Assembly: GCA_030295235.1 (NCBI GenBank)
Contig: AP026126.1
Location: forward strand, 1,922,001 to 1,986,000
Source of the DNA: Fistulifera solaris
Lineage: Eukaryota
Direction of reading: 5' to 3'
DNA length: 64,000 bases
In this document: in pieces, positions 37,066 through 48,648 of the stretch
Numbering within the stretch: position 1 is the first letter of the stretch
Layout of the letters: every line of letters begins with the position of its first letter
Made by a program: the position numbers and the translations under genes
The notes under the pieces: model-generated
Told to the model about the DNA's origin: nothing
The model's input: the letters and a program-made list of their open reading frames with translations, nothing else
The model's database searches: none

Positions 37066-38090
37066 TCTTTGTCGACATGCTTCCGTCTTCTTCGGCCTCA
37101 TGCAATTTCTTTTCTTTGCATTTGTCGATTTTTCCACGAATCCAGTAAGCTTGTCTCGTCTGCGACGAAACAATATCATACGTCCAACCACATTTTGCTT
37201 GTATGGTGGTGTCGGTTGCTCTAGCAAAACTGAGGCAGTTACCGCTCGGGTGGTTTTTTTTATCAACTGTGACTGAGGTGGAATAGGATTCACATGTTTC
37301 CAATCGTTGTTCTTTTTTTCCCGTGGAACTCATCTTCCGTGCGTTGGATGACACTATCGCTTTCGGAGACTGACATGGAGTACTATCGGCTTTCTCCTCG
37401 CTATCACCCAGACGCGTCTTCCTGGGCCGACCTCCCGGTCTTCCTCTTTTGAAGCAACCGAAGGAAAATGATACAAGACGTCGCAATGATCACATATTAT
37501 CCGGAGCATAACTATTTTCTTCCATGTCTCGACGCAGCCGCGACAATCAATGTGAAGCCGTTTGTAATAACTATCCGATTCGACCATTTGGTAGCCGACT
37601 AAAAGGGAACCAAAGCCTCCGATGCAACTTCGGCGTAGGAAGAGTGCCTTCCGAGAACTTTTGCATTACGAATAGTCAGTGTCAACCAAGACGCTTCACA
37701 TAGATTGTTGGGGTCCCCTGACATTTCAAAAGCAACCAAGAACTTTTTCTGGAAGCCGCTATATTTGCGCACTTGCCCGACTGCAATGTCACCATTCTCG
37801 AGAAATATTGGGATATGTTTCCCGGTGATCTGCATCGGAGCTTTTGGACACATAAATGCAACGACTTTTTCACGTAAAAGAGCGAGGCTTCATTTCTCGT
37901 CTTCCAAACGTTATCATATTCTTCGCACGCTAATTCGTATGCCCTGTTGTCCCCCTTTTTGTCGTTTTTCGCGACAAGGGGATCCAATTGATGCGACGAA
38001 AAGGGCCGAATCAATTCGGGAGAGTTTTTAAGTGCACTAGTCTCCCGTCCCGAAAACTTCCACCTGCAATGGCAGTGGGGCCATTTCCTG
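37050..38090 (-). pseudogene. Inverted trithorax-derived fragment fused to an AT-hook-like segment and a Tudor-like domain (pseudogene or error-ridden gene)
   Basis: SPELIRPFSSHQLDPLVAK..AYELACEEY, KAPMQITG..RKYSGFQKKFLV and CRGCVETWKK..ICDHCD, then KRGRPGGRPRK and VVGRMILFR../YWIRGKIDK. About five frame changes. Confidence 0.7.
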
Positions 38091-38459
38091 GGTATCGGCA
38101 TGACTCCCGATGTGATCAGGTACGGTACCAGGTAGTCCCTACTTTGCAGCTACTGCTGCGTAGGATTTACAATTGGGTAAACTAGACTAGATAGTGCTGT
38201 CGTGGCGTCGAAAAATATTGATCGCTTGGTCTAAAATAAAGACGTAGAAGTAGAACGCCCATCACTGAGTTGAGAGTTGAGTCACTAATCAAGAGTCATC
38301 ATGGGAGTCACGAATTATCGACCATAACTACTATTCGACGATAAAAAGGGGCAGCAATCGCGAGAAAAAAGAGCGGCCCATTTGATCGCATCTACAAGTA
38401 CCCTTGTATCTCTCAATCATCCTATTTTTTTATGTTTTGCATTGATTTGAAAGTAAACA

Positions 38460-41400
38460 ATGAGTGAAAATCAATCGGAGCTTCCTCCCGAAATTATTAA
38501 CGCTTATCGCGAAGCAAAGGCTAGAGGTCTCCCCGATGGCTGGACCTGTTCTATTGATGTAAGTGAGATTCTTGATGCCTCTCTTTTTGTTAACGATGCG
38601 CACGCCTCTTCTTCGCCTTATATCATTTACTCAATCGATTGCTTTATTTACAGAAACGACATCGCCGCAAATGGACTGCTCCGAACAACGGTCGATCGTG
38701 CGACTCGATTCCGAAAGCACTGCAAATTTCTGTCGACTTGGGTTTGCTTCCACCAGACACCATAATTGAATCAGGAAAGCGAAAGCGGACGTCGGGGGAT
38801 CCAGTCAGCCGAAAGAAAGCAAAGGACGGAAGACGACGTGGCCGACCGCCCAAAGCATCTTCTACAGCGGAGACACCTGATGCTGAGGAGCCAGAGGAGG
38901 AATACAACGAGGAGGAAGAGGAAGACGACGAACCTCTCAAGCCTCCGCCCCCTCCGTTAGACCCGGAGCATTCTTTGGATGGTAAAAATCATCCTACCGC
39001 ACCCACTGCAGTGCATTGGGATCCCAAAAGCGTCGATGGAAAAAAGATTGGTTGGAAAATCCGAGTCGCTCTCAATAATACAACATGGGCGGAAGGCCGC
39101 ATCGTTCGCTACGATCCCTACTCACACAAACACAAAATCCGATTGCAACACAACGGACGAGAACACAATGTCTGGATTTGGATCCGCAACGATCAGCACA
39201 ATGTGCACGTGGCGACGCGTATGGTGTGGGCGCACGTGAAGGGTTACGCATGGTGGCCGGCCATGGTCATGGAAACGAACACCTATGACCCTGCGCAGCA
39301 ACTGAGAATTGAATTTTTCGGAACAGGGGAAGTCAGTACGCTCAGAGATTCGCCCGAGTCGATTCGTCCCTTCTCGCCGCACCAGTTGGATCCCATTGTT
39401 GCTAAACACAAGAAGAAGCGCAATGCCAGGGCCTACGAGCTGGCCTGCGAGGAATACGAGAACATTCAAAAGACTCGAAATGAAGCAGCGCTTTTCTACG
39501 CAGAAAAATCATTACATCTTTGTGACCAGAAAGCGCCGATGCAGATCGTCGGTAGGCGCGTCCAGGTTTTTCGAGATGATGTCAACTACCCTTATGGTGA
39601 TACTGTGGTAGGGAAAATCCGCAAGTACAGTGGCTTTCAGAAAAAGTTCCTCGTCTCTTTTGGAAGTATCCGAAAAGACCAATAGTAAATATGATGCAAC
39701 GTGGATGACGCTCTCTACTCGCAACGCAAAGTTACAGGGAAAGCGTACTGCCCACGCTGAGGTTACACCGGAGGCCTTGCTCCCTTTCTTGGTCGGCTAC
39801 CAAGCCGACGAATCGGATGAGTACTACAAACTGCTAAATGATCACTGTCGTGGCTGCGTCGAGACATGGAAGAAAACAGATACGCTTCGGGTAGTGTGTG
39901 ATCAGTGCGATTCGTCATATCATTTGGGATGCTTCGATCCGCCACTGCAACAAGAGCAATATCAGAAGCTAATCAAGGACGGCGTTCCCTTGTTGTGTCC
40001 GCAGTGCACAATGTGTCGTGGCTGTTACCAGAAAGACTCGACCTTTGGAAGTCATCAGCTTTCACCATTGCCTAAGAACCTAAGCTTTCCCGCGAATGAG
40101 ACGCTGAATGTATGCTTGCCATGTCGTGAAGCGTACGAAGTAGAACGATATTGTCCAAATTGCGCGCACACGTGGGATGATGTCCGATTTAACGAGGTGC
40201 GACATCAACATAATTGGTATGGGAGCAGAGAAGGCCGTAAGCGAAAGACGGAACTAGTGGAGGATACGGAATTTCCTCTCATTATGGGGGCGTTTTCGGG
40301 TGACGACAAAATACCCCACGGACTTAAAGTCCATCCATCTTTGTACTACCCGGAAACAACTGAGTTTGGCATGACTGAAGTTGAAATGTTGGTGTGTGAT
40401 TCTTGTGGTTCTTGGGTCCATGCGGGTTGTGCAGATGTTACCGAAGAAGAATACGAACAAATCTCGGACGGGAAACACCCTTTGTTTGGGAAAGAGTTTC
40501 TTTGTCGCGTTTGCTGTCGAAAGCGCTGTCATGATATAATTCAGGCTTTGAAAGAAGAGGATCGGATGATGCTGTTTGCCCAACCAGTATCCGAAAGGGA
40601 TGCTCCAAACTATCACGATCTCATCAAACGACCAATGGACCTGAAAACTTTGACAGAACGGGCGCAGGGCGACGAATATCTATCTTATGCTTGGACACGA
40701 GAGCTTTTTGAACTAATGGTGATGAATGCACTGACTTTCAATCGTTTTGTAAGTAGTTTAATATCATACCGCTTCTCAATTGCACGCTGTGGCTAACCCA
40801 ATCCGCACCTTCCATAGTATACTGCTGTTTGGAATGAAGCAAAGAGATTTTATCACTCCAGCTTAAAAAATGTCTTTCAAAAAATTGGAAAGGCTGCACC
40901 ACCTGGTCAGTACGAGAAGGCTGTTCAAAAGTTACTCAAAGAGGGTGAAGAAGCACGACGTCAAGAAGCAGATCGCGTTCAGGTTGACGAAACAGTAGAG
41001 AAAAAGGATTTAGTCGCTGGGAGTATGGCAGTTGCGATTGATTTGCCTCCTATCCGTTCTTCGGTTCCAGACCAATCTTCTTGTGTTCCTTTTCTGGAAG
41101 TCGACGTCACAACTGTGGATGCATTTTATAATTGCTGGATGGATGCTTGCTTTACCTGCGGAAGCTCCGGTGCCTCGGACACGATGCTTTTCTGTGTAGA
41201 CTGCGGCGAGGCTTTTCATGCATTCTGTGCCAACGTCCCCATTCACAGTATGAGCGAGGCGGCGGTTGCTGGTTGGAGATGCCCTAACTGTAAATTATGT
41301 GAGATTTCCGGTGAGGTTCCAGCGGACGATACTCATATGATTTTCTGCGAGATGTGTGATCGGGGCTTCAATTTGGGGATGCTTGATCCCCCCTTGACAA

Positions 41401-44339
41401 AAAGCTCCACCCGGTTTGTGGGTGTGTGGGCAGTGTGTGGATTGTCAGTATTGTCGTAGCACATCCGAACCAGCATCACTGAAGTTCTGGTCTCGACACA
41501 CAGACATTTGCTTTCGTTGTGGTGGTTGTGATGGTTTCTCGGAAACAATGGAAAAGTGTAAAGTTTGCAGTGGGCTGCTTCGAGAAGCGGATACCGATTT
41601 TGTTGTATGCGACACATGTTCTGCCAAAGTTCACACGGCTTGTGACCAAGAAGCGTATGACTTCTTCCAGACATCGGCATCGCGGACGCAACGAGTTACT
41701 CGAATTAAGGTAAATTCGTATGTGTTCTTCGATTTCACGCGGAGTTCTACATATTTCTGACTCGTTGTCTCCGATTTTAGTATTCTTGTCCCTCTTGCCC
41801 TCGTCCTATGGCTCCCGATGCATTAGATGCTGATGCTGATCGAAGTTTACTGCTAAAAATGGCTCGTTCGAGCACAGATTGTTCAGAGAAGCTAATAGAT
41901 AGCATCATATGGAAAACACACGACATGTGGAGAGATGAGTATATCGGCATTATCAACACAGGTATACGTTTGATCGAAGAAACCCGCCACGATTTAGGTG
42001 ATCCGCGATTCGTGGCTCAACAAATTCTTGCAGATGGAGCCGACGTCTGTATGTCAACAATTCAAAGAGCGCTTCGCTTTTGTCATGTAGTGAAACGCCG
42101 CAGAGTAGTTGAGCGTGGGTGTAAATCATCGAGCATCGAACATACTTTACTGTATGCTAAGATGGCAGCTTCATTTATCGAATTATCTTGCCAGGTTCTT
42201 CGTCGGAGCGTGAGCAAAGAGGTTGTGCACTACGATCGACTTTTAGAGTTGTTGAAGCCGCCAAATCAACAAGGCGTCTTTTTGGCACCATTAGACCCTC
42301 TCCGCTATCAGCCAGTCTCGCTTTCTGACGAAAACATTTCTGATGTGAATCTTTCCCTGCATGTAAGAGTGGTAGATGTTGCAGATCCCGGTATTACGAA
42401 GAATGCTCATTTGCAACTAGCAAAACCTCTCTGTGGTTGGACTGAGCAGTTGGGTCAAGGGCGGAATCAAAGTGAATGGAAAGACCCTCGTGAATGCTGT
42501 CTCTGTCATATATGTGGAGACGTCGATGCCGGCTTTCAAGACGAGGGAGACCGGCGACGCCCCTGAGGGTGAAATCGTTTTCTCACCTATGGGTCGGTTA
42601 TTGCCTTTAAAAGACGGTTATTGGGTCCACACTTCTTGTGCGCTGTGGAGCTCTGAAGTTTTTGAAGCTCCATCCGATGGGGTTTTACATGCTGTCGAGA
42701 AAGCCAGAAGCCGGGGAGCTCAGTTAAAGTGTTTTGGCTGCGGAAGACCAGGTGCCACAGTCGGATGCTGCAAGAGCAATTGTCCATATAATTACCACTT
42801 TACCTGCGCGAAAGTCTGCGGGGCTGTCTTTACTTCGAATCAAAAAGTTTTTTGTGCAAACCACAGAATGCACGCAACAGAAATCGTCGCTAAGGAAAGC
42901 TTTGAACCAATGAAGAGCTTAGTTGTTGCCGGAGAGAAAAGAATCGCTGTAAACGACACTGAGACAGGAGAGTGGGAGACATGCCTCCGTGTCGGAGCCC
43001 TGACAGTCCATTCTTTAGGAAAGATTGACCCGGATTCGGATAATTTTCACTCGGAAAATTACATAACGCCGCCTGGTTATGTTGCGACGCGTATTTTTTG
43101 GTCGATGAAAGATCCTCGAGCAAGGACACTCTACGTTTTAAAGGTTTTCAAGTTACCCAATGGTCGGGCTGAGTTTGCTATAATTCCAGGAGACGACCCA
43201 GCGTCAACGATCCGTGCAAACTCTATTTCGTCAGCGTACGCAACGTTCATGGATCGACTGCGTAAAGTTAACTTTGATTGTTTTTCTCAAGGTGACTTTC
43301 TGTCCCGCCTTCCGATGACAAGACGATCTCGGAAGAAAACTTTTGGCCTTAATGGCCCACAGGTATGTCGTTAAACGAGATCCTTTCACCTCAAACGAAA
43401 TGCGCTGACTTTTTTTGCTTTTAGTTTTTCGGTTTTGGGCTCGACTGTATACGCAGAAAGCTGGAGATCCTACCAAACGTTGAAGCAGTGGTTACACCGC
43501 TAACTCCTAATTTCACGCATTACCGCTTTTGCTTTAATCAGCCAGATATTGAAACAGTCATGGCATTGCACCGAAAACGAGCAGCTGCCCATGCTGAGCT
43601 TGCTCTAGAAAATTCAAGTGGCTGTGCTCGTACTGAAGGCATAAAAGCTGTTGCTCGTAGTGGTGGCAGCGGAAGAATCACTCGAGCGCTGGTCCGAAGC
43701 GCAGAAGAAGTTGAAGCCACTTCTACATCTCAATCGAAGCGGACAGAAGATCGCGCTAAAGCTGATCGAAATATGTACCAAGTCAAGTACAAGCGAATGA
43801 AAGGCGTCCCGATTGAAGAGCGTCTCGCCGCCCGGCGATCACATATTCACGGATGGGGTCTTTTTACGAAGATCGATGTTCGTAAGAATGATCCCATCAC
43901 CGAGTACATGGGCGAAGTGATTCGACAAGCAATTAGTGACAAGCGCGAACGTGCTTATGAGATCTCCGGCGAGGGTAGCTGTTACATGTTTCGGCTGGAC
44001 TTGCAGCGCATTGTGGATGCAACAAAAATCGGTTCCATGGCAAGGTTCATGAACCATTCTTGCCAGTCGAATGCGTACGCTAAGATCATCAATGTGGATA
44101 CCGATCAGGGGATGGACCAGAAAATAGTGGTATTTGCCTCTCGAGACATTGCTGCGGGCGAGGAAATTACATATGGTACGTTTAATTTCGGTTCATGAGT
44201 GTCTGTTACTGTACTTGTTTCTGAATGAATGCCTCTTTCTGTTGCTCTGAACCTCTGAATAGACTACAAATTTCCCGTGGAAGACGGTAGTCTCAAATGT
44301 ACTTGCGGTGCACCCAATTGTATCGGCCGATTGAACTAG
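38460..44339 (+). CDS. Trithorax/ATX/MLL-like histone H3K4 methyltransferase (MBD-like, Tudor, PWWP, PHDs, bromodomain, ePHD, FYRN/FYRC, SET, post-SET)
   Basis: GYAWWPAMV, several C4HC3 PHD fingers, bromodomain YHDLIKRPMDL..NALTFN, WVHTSCALWSSEV, FYR (PPGYVATRIFWS, LNGPQ|FFGFG), Win-like GCARTEG, SET SHIHGWGLF..EYMGEVI..ARFMNHSC..GEEITY|DYKF and post-SET CTCGAPNCIGRLN*. Confidence 0.95.
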
Positions 44340-44390
44340 ACTTGTCTATTGAACCATTCCTTACTTATTAAATATTATATCTCTGTAGTG

Positions 44391-44992
44391 TTACACACGA
44401 AAGCTTTTTATTATTCGGCTCGTTTCTCGTTTCGCCTCTCGCTCTTTAATTGCAGCTCTCTTGTCTCTCACATTCTTCCCTCGACATAGAGCCACCTGTA
44501 TTTTGACTCGGTTGTCGTCATTGAAATACGCTTTGATCGGCACCACAGTCATACCTTGCTGTTCCGTTTGTTGCATAAATTTGCGCGCCTGTTGTCGGTG
44601 AACTAATAAATCGCGTGGTCGTCGTTCCTCGTGTTGGAAATACGCCCCAGCCATGTTGTGTTTACCAATGTGCACATTATACATAACGAGGGATCTTCCA
44701 TTCTTACTCACTCGACAGAACGAATCACGCAAATTCATTTTCCCATCCCGGATAGCTTTGACTTCCGTCCCTTTGAGTGAAACTCCGGCTTCAATCGTTT
44801 CTAGTATTTCATAATTCCGATACGCGATTCGATTCACAGCAATAGTATTGTCTTTCGGTTTCTTCTTTTTGTGCCTGATTTGGCGAGTGCGAGTGCGAAT
44901 GAAGGTCTCTGGGGCGCTGAGGATGGAAGAAAGGCTTCGGAGCATTTGATTGACACTACGAGTAGCACCACGAGCGCACGAGGCCATCGCAT
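44391..44992 (-). CDS. smpB: SsrA (tmRNA)-binding protein SmpB, nucleus-encoded with bipartite plastid presequence
   Basis: IAVNRIAYRNYEILETIEAGVSLKGTEVKAIR, RPRDLLVHR and GKNVRDKRAAIKERE. The presequence MRWPRALVVLLVVSIKCSEA-FLP is joined by a 1-nt poly-A slip near 44868. Confidence 0.92.
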
Positions 44993-45850
44993 GATATCTT
45001 TTTTCTTTGTAGCGACCGTTCTCTTATTCTTGGTACCTTTGCTTTCTCTGTGAACGCCTTTAAAGTTCAAGTTAGGGAACGAGTGGTTAACTTGAAGAGA
45101 AAAAGATGCACATCAACGCACCAAACGAGATGAATGATGGTTGCAAGGAATGCCATCGCGCATGCGGGGGAAAGTTTTTGTTTGTTTGGATACTTACCTG
45201 GTACCTGTTATACGACTACATCATACACAACACAATTATTAGGCTTGTGAAGTTTTGAGATTAATGCTTCAATACCTGGTCGACAAGGAAAATTTACTTC
45301 ACGACTGAAATTCAGTCCTGAAGAAAGGTCGCCTACACGTTGAACGAGACTAATTTCAAATGTGGACCATACCGATCAGTTTTGGACGTCGACCATCAAG
45401 CTGTGTTTCATTATGACATGTAGTAGCGTTGATAGCTAATTAAAGAATGACAATTCGACTGCTTGCTTACTTTGTACTAGGGAAATCTACCATCGCGGAT
45501 ATGTGCGACACATAAAAACGAGCAATAAACTGTTTGCCCTGAAAGTGGACTTCGGCCCACGTCTCAGTCTGTCCTTCTTCGGGGCGCACATTGCTTTTCT
45601 CGCATCCCTCGAATTTATTGATGATGACGTCAATACTCAATACCCGTAGCTGGTACGCCAGTCAATTCGTACAGCAAGTACATGTAAAATAGGAAGAAAA
45701 TTCTTTTGGACGAATTGACGAGTTGGCAGTGCTATCATTGTTGTTGCAGTTCTTCTCTCAACCTGGAAAACAGTGCATTTGATCATTATCTCGAGAGACT
45801 TGATAAGAACGTCAAACAGGACATAGTATTGGGTACCAGTCCTTTGTACA

Positions 45851-48422
45851 ATGTTGCCCTTCAAAGCTCGCTGTTCTTATCCTCTGCTTTTCACTGCATT
45901 CATCGTGATACTGGCATCCCATCAAACGAATGGCTTTTTGACGCCTGCAACGACGAAAACATGTCGTAAACAAGAAACTCTAGTGATGCCCTCTTCTAGG
46001 ACAGCATTACTGGGAATTCCCAAAATGTTTCGCTGGCTTACGGATCAATACCCGGATGTTTTGAACCGACAATTGGAGCAAGGTCTCAGTGATGATTTAA
46101 TCGTTGATAACTTCTATTTGGATATGAATGGGATCATCCACCCTTGTACACATGGAAATAATGAAGGAGAAATTGTCATTTTGGATGAAACGGCAATGTT
46201 CAAAAAGATTTTTCTTTATGTTGACCGGTACGTCAAAGACTTTCAAACCGTTGCGCATTTTTTTGAGCCAGTAACTAATTTCTTTTCGTGTTATCTCGCT
46301 TTAGACTTTATAAATTGGTTCAACCGAGTAAGCTTCTGTACTTAGCTGTAGATGGTGTCGCCCCTCGGGCCAAGATGAATCAACAGCGTTCGTAAGTCAA
46401 AATCTGCTACGATAAGCCTAACATGGTACTCCATCTCAGTTCTCACACTATTTATTGACATCAATCGCAATGCAACAGTCGTCGATTCCGAAGTGCCAAA
46501 GAGGCAGAAGCAGCCGCATCCGAGATTCTAGCGCGAGCGCAACAGACGGGAAAGATTCCAGAAGACTGGGAGAATCAAAAACGATTTGATAGTAATTGCA
46601 TCACGCCGGGTACGGATTTTATGTTAAAGTTGTCACTAGCGATGCAAAAATGGGTTGAATTCAAAATGCAGACGGATGAGTTTTGGATCAATGGTGCAGA
46701 TGTAATCATTAGTGGTCCTGATGTGCCCGGCGAAGGTGAACATAAAGTGATGGACTTTTTGAGGGGAAGCGAAAGAGGGGAAGGTGTATTCGAAAGATCT
46801 GTATCAGCCAGATCATACACATGTCTTGTATGGGGTAAGTCGAAAGAAAGGATTCCGGTTGAGTTTCGATCGACGGTGCATTCCCTGTTCTGTCAATGCT
46901 ACAAAGCGCTTAATCAATACTCATTCACACTTCTCTGTTTTCCGAATAGCTCGATGCTGACTTGATCATGGTAAGCATCAAAACGACGCCAATTCGCGAC
47001 TATTTCACATTCGACCAAACGACTCACTGTCTGTCATTATCTGTCGTTGCCTTTGCTTTGTCTTAGCTGGGACTTGCATCGCATGAAAAGAATTTCCTTT
47101 TACTACGCGAAAAGATGAGTGTCGTCATGGCTGGAAGAGGTCGCAACAAGTATCGGAAGCGGAAAGATATGCTGGAATACAATGAAAACGATTTTGAAGT
47201 ACTCGACTTGTCTGGTCTCCGACAAATGTTGGGCTTGCAATTTCGAAAGTATTTGGAAACGGAAAATCTGAAAGTGAAAACGTTCGAGCTCGACCGTATC
47301 ATTGATGACTTCATCTTCATGTGTATGCTTGTCGGTAACGATTTCTTGCCGCACTGTCCTCATTTGGAGATTGATGGAGGTGCTTTATCGCTGATGATGA
47401 ACAATTACATGGATCTTCTTCCTGATTGGGGCGGTTATCTTACAAAGAAAGAGAAACTACACCCGGAACGGTTTGAACAATTTATGTACCATCTCGCTCT
47501 TTATGAGGAAGAACACTTTAGTCGTCGTGGTTACGAGGAAAACGAGGCAGGATGGAAGTTGTCTTCTGAAAACGAAGACGATAAAGATGATTTTTACGGC
47601 AAATTCTATACAGGGAACCCAACCCCTGCTTGTGCACAGGCTGCAAATAGACGCGGTAGCAGCGAGCCGGCACCGGAAGAAATTCCTATGGCCCCCTCGG
47701 GCAATCGAGCATTTCGCCGTAGCCATCCGGACAGCACAAGCCGATCGTACCGTGACTTTTACTACGAGACTAAAATGGGGTGGAAGCCTGAAGACCGCAG
47801 TAGAACACTTTTTCGTCGTCGAGCTCATGTCAGGGATTACATGGAGGGTCTGCACTGGGTTATGAACTATTATCACAATGGGTGCCAATCCTGGGATTAT
47901 TTCTTTCCCCATTTGTACAGTCCCCTGGCGACGGACTTGGTTAACCTAGCTGAATTGTACTCGGAACGCGATGAAGACGGATTCTGTGCGTGGGAGTTCG
48001 AAAAGGGCACTCCATTTCCCTCATTAGCCCAGCTGCTTTCTGTGCTGCCACCGCAATCGGCCGATCTTCTTCCCAAACCTTTGGCGGAACTCATGTTGCA
48101 CCCATCGTCGCCACTGCTCGAGTACTACCCGAGCGATTTCAAGGCAGATGCGAACGGAAAGCGACAATCGTGGGAAGCTGTTGTTCAGATTCCTTTCATC
48201 GATGGCGCTCGTTTGCTCGAAACAGTTCAGCAAATATTAGACGCAGACCAAAACGGACAGAATATCTTGACACCTGGCGAGCGTCGGCGCAATATGCCAG
48301 GTAAAGTACATTACGTTCCTGCTCCTGGCGAGCGCGATCCAAACCGAGGAAGGAAGTTGATAGCAACCAAAAGCAGTCCCAAGCGTCCAAGCTCGAACCG
48401 AAAGTCCAGACAGGTCCGGTAA
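45851..48422 (+). CDS. XRN: XRN-family 5'-3' exoribonuclease with N-terminal signal and transit-like peptide, multi-exon
   Basis: [96 protein letters not shown] and [17 protein letters not shown]. Confidence 0.93.
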
Positions 48423-48648
48423 ATTGTCGCGCACGAGAATTGTCTTGTTTACAAGCGGGTCGACTTTTGCTTTTTTGATTGGCGATATAAATCGTGGGTC
48501 GCTACTAATATCGCATACGCTCAATCCATAAATCACTGACGTCGATGCATGAATGCTGATCTTTTACATTAAAAATTAACTGAGAAGCCCATACTTTACT
48601 AATGAATCTGATTTCAGTGTGTTACAACTCGAACTAGATTCTGCTATA

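Noticed and set aside
44391..44992. smpB as bacterial contamination or a novel horizontal transfer
   Set aside because: It is embedded among intron-containing genes and has a diatom presequence; nucleus-encoded plastid SmpB is already known in diatoms.
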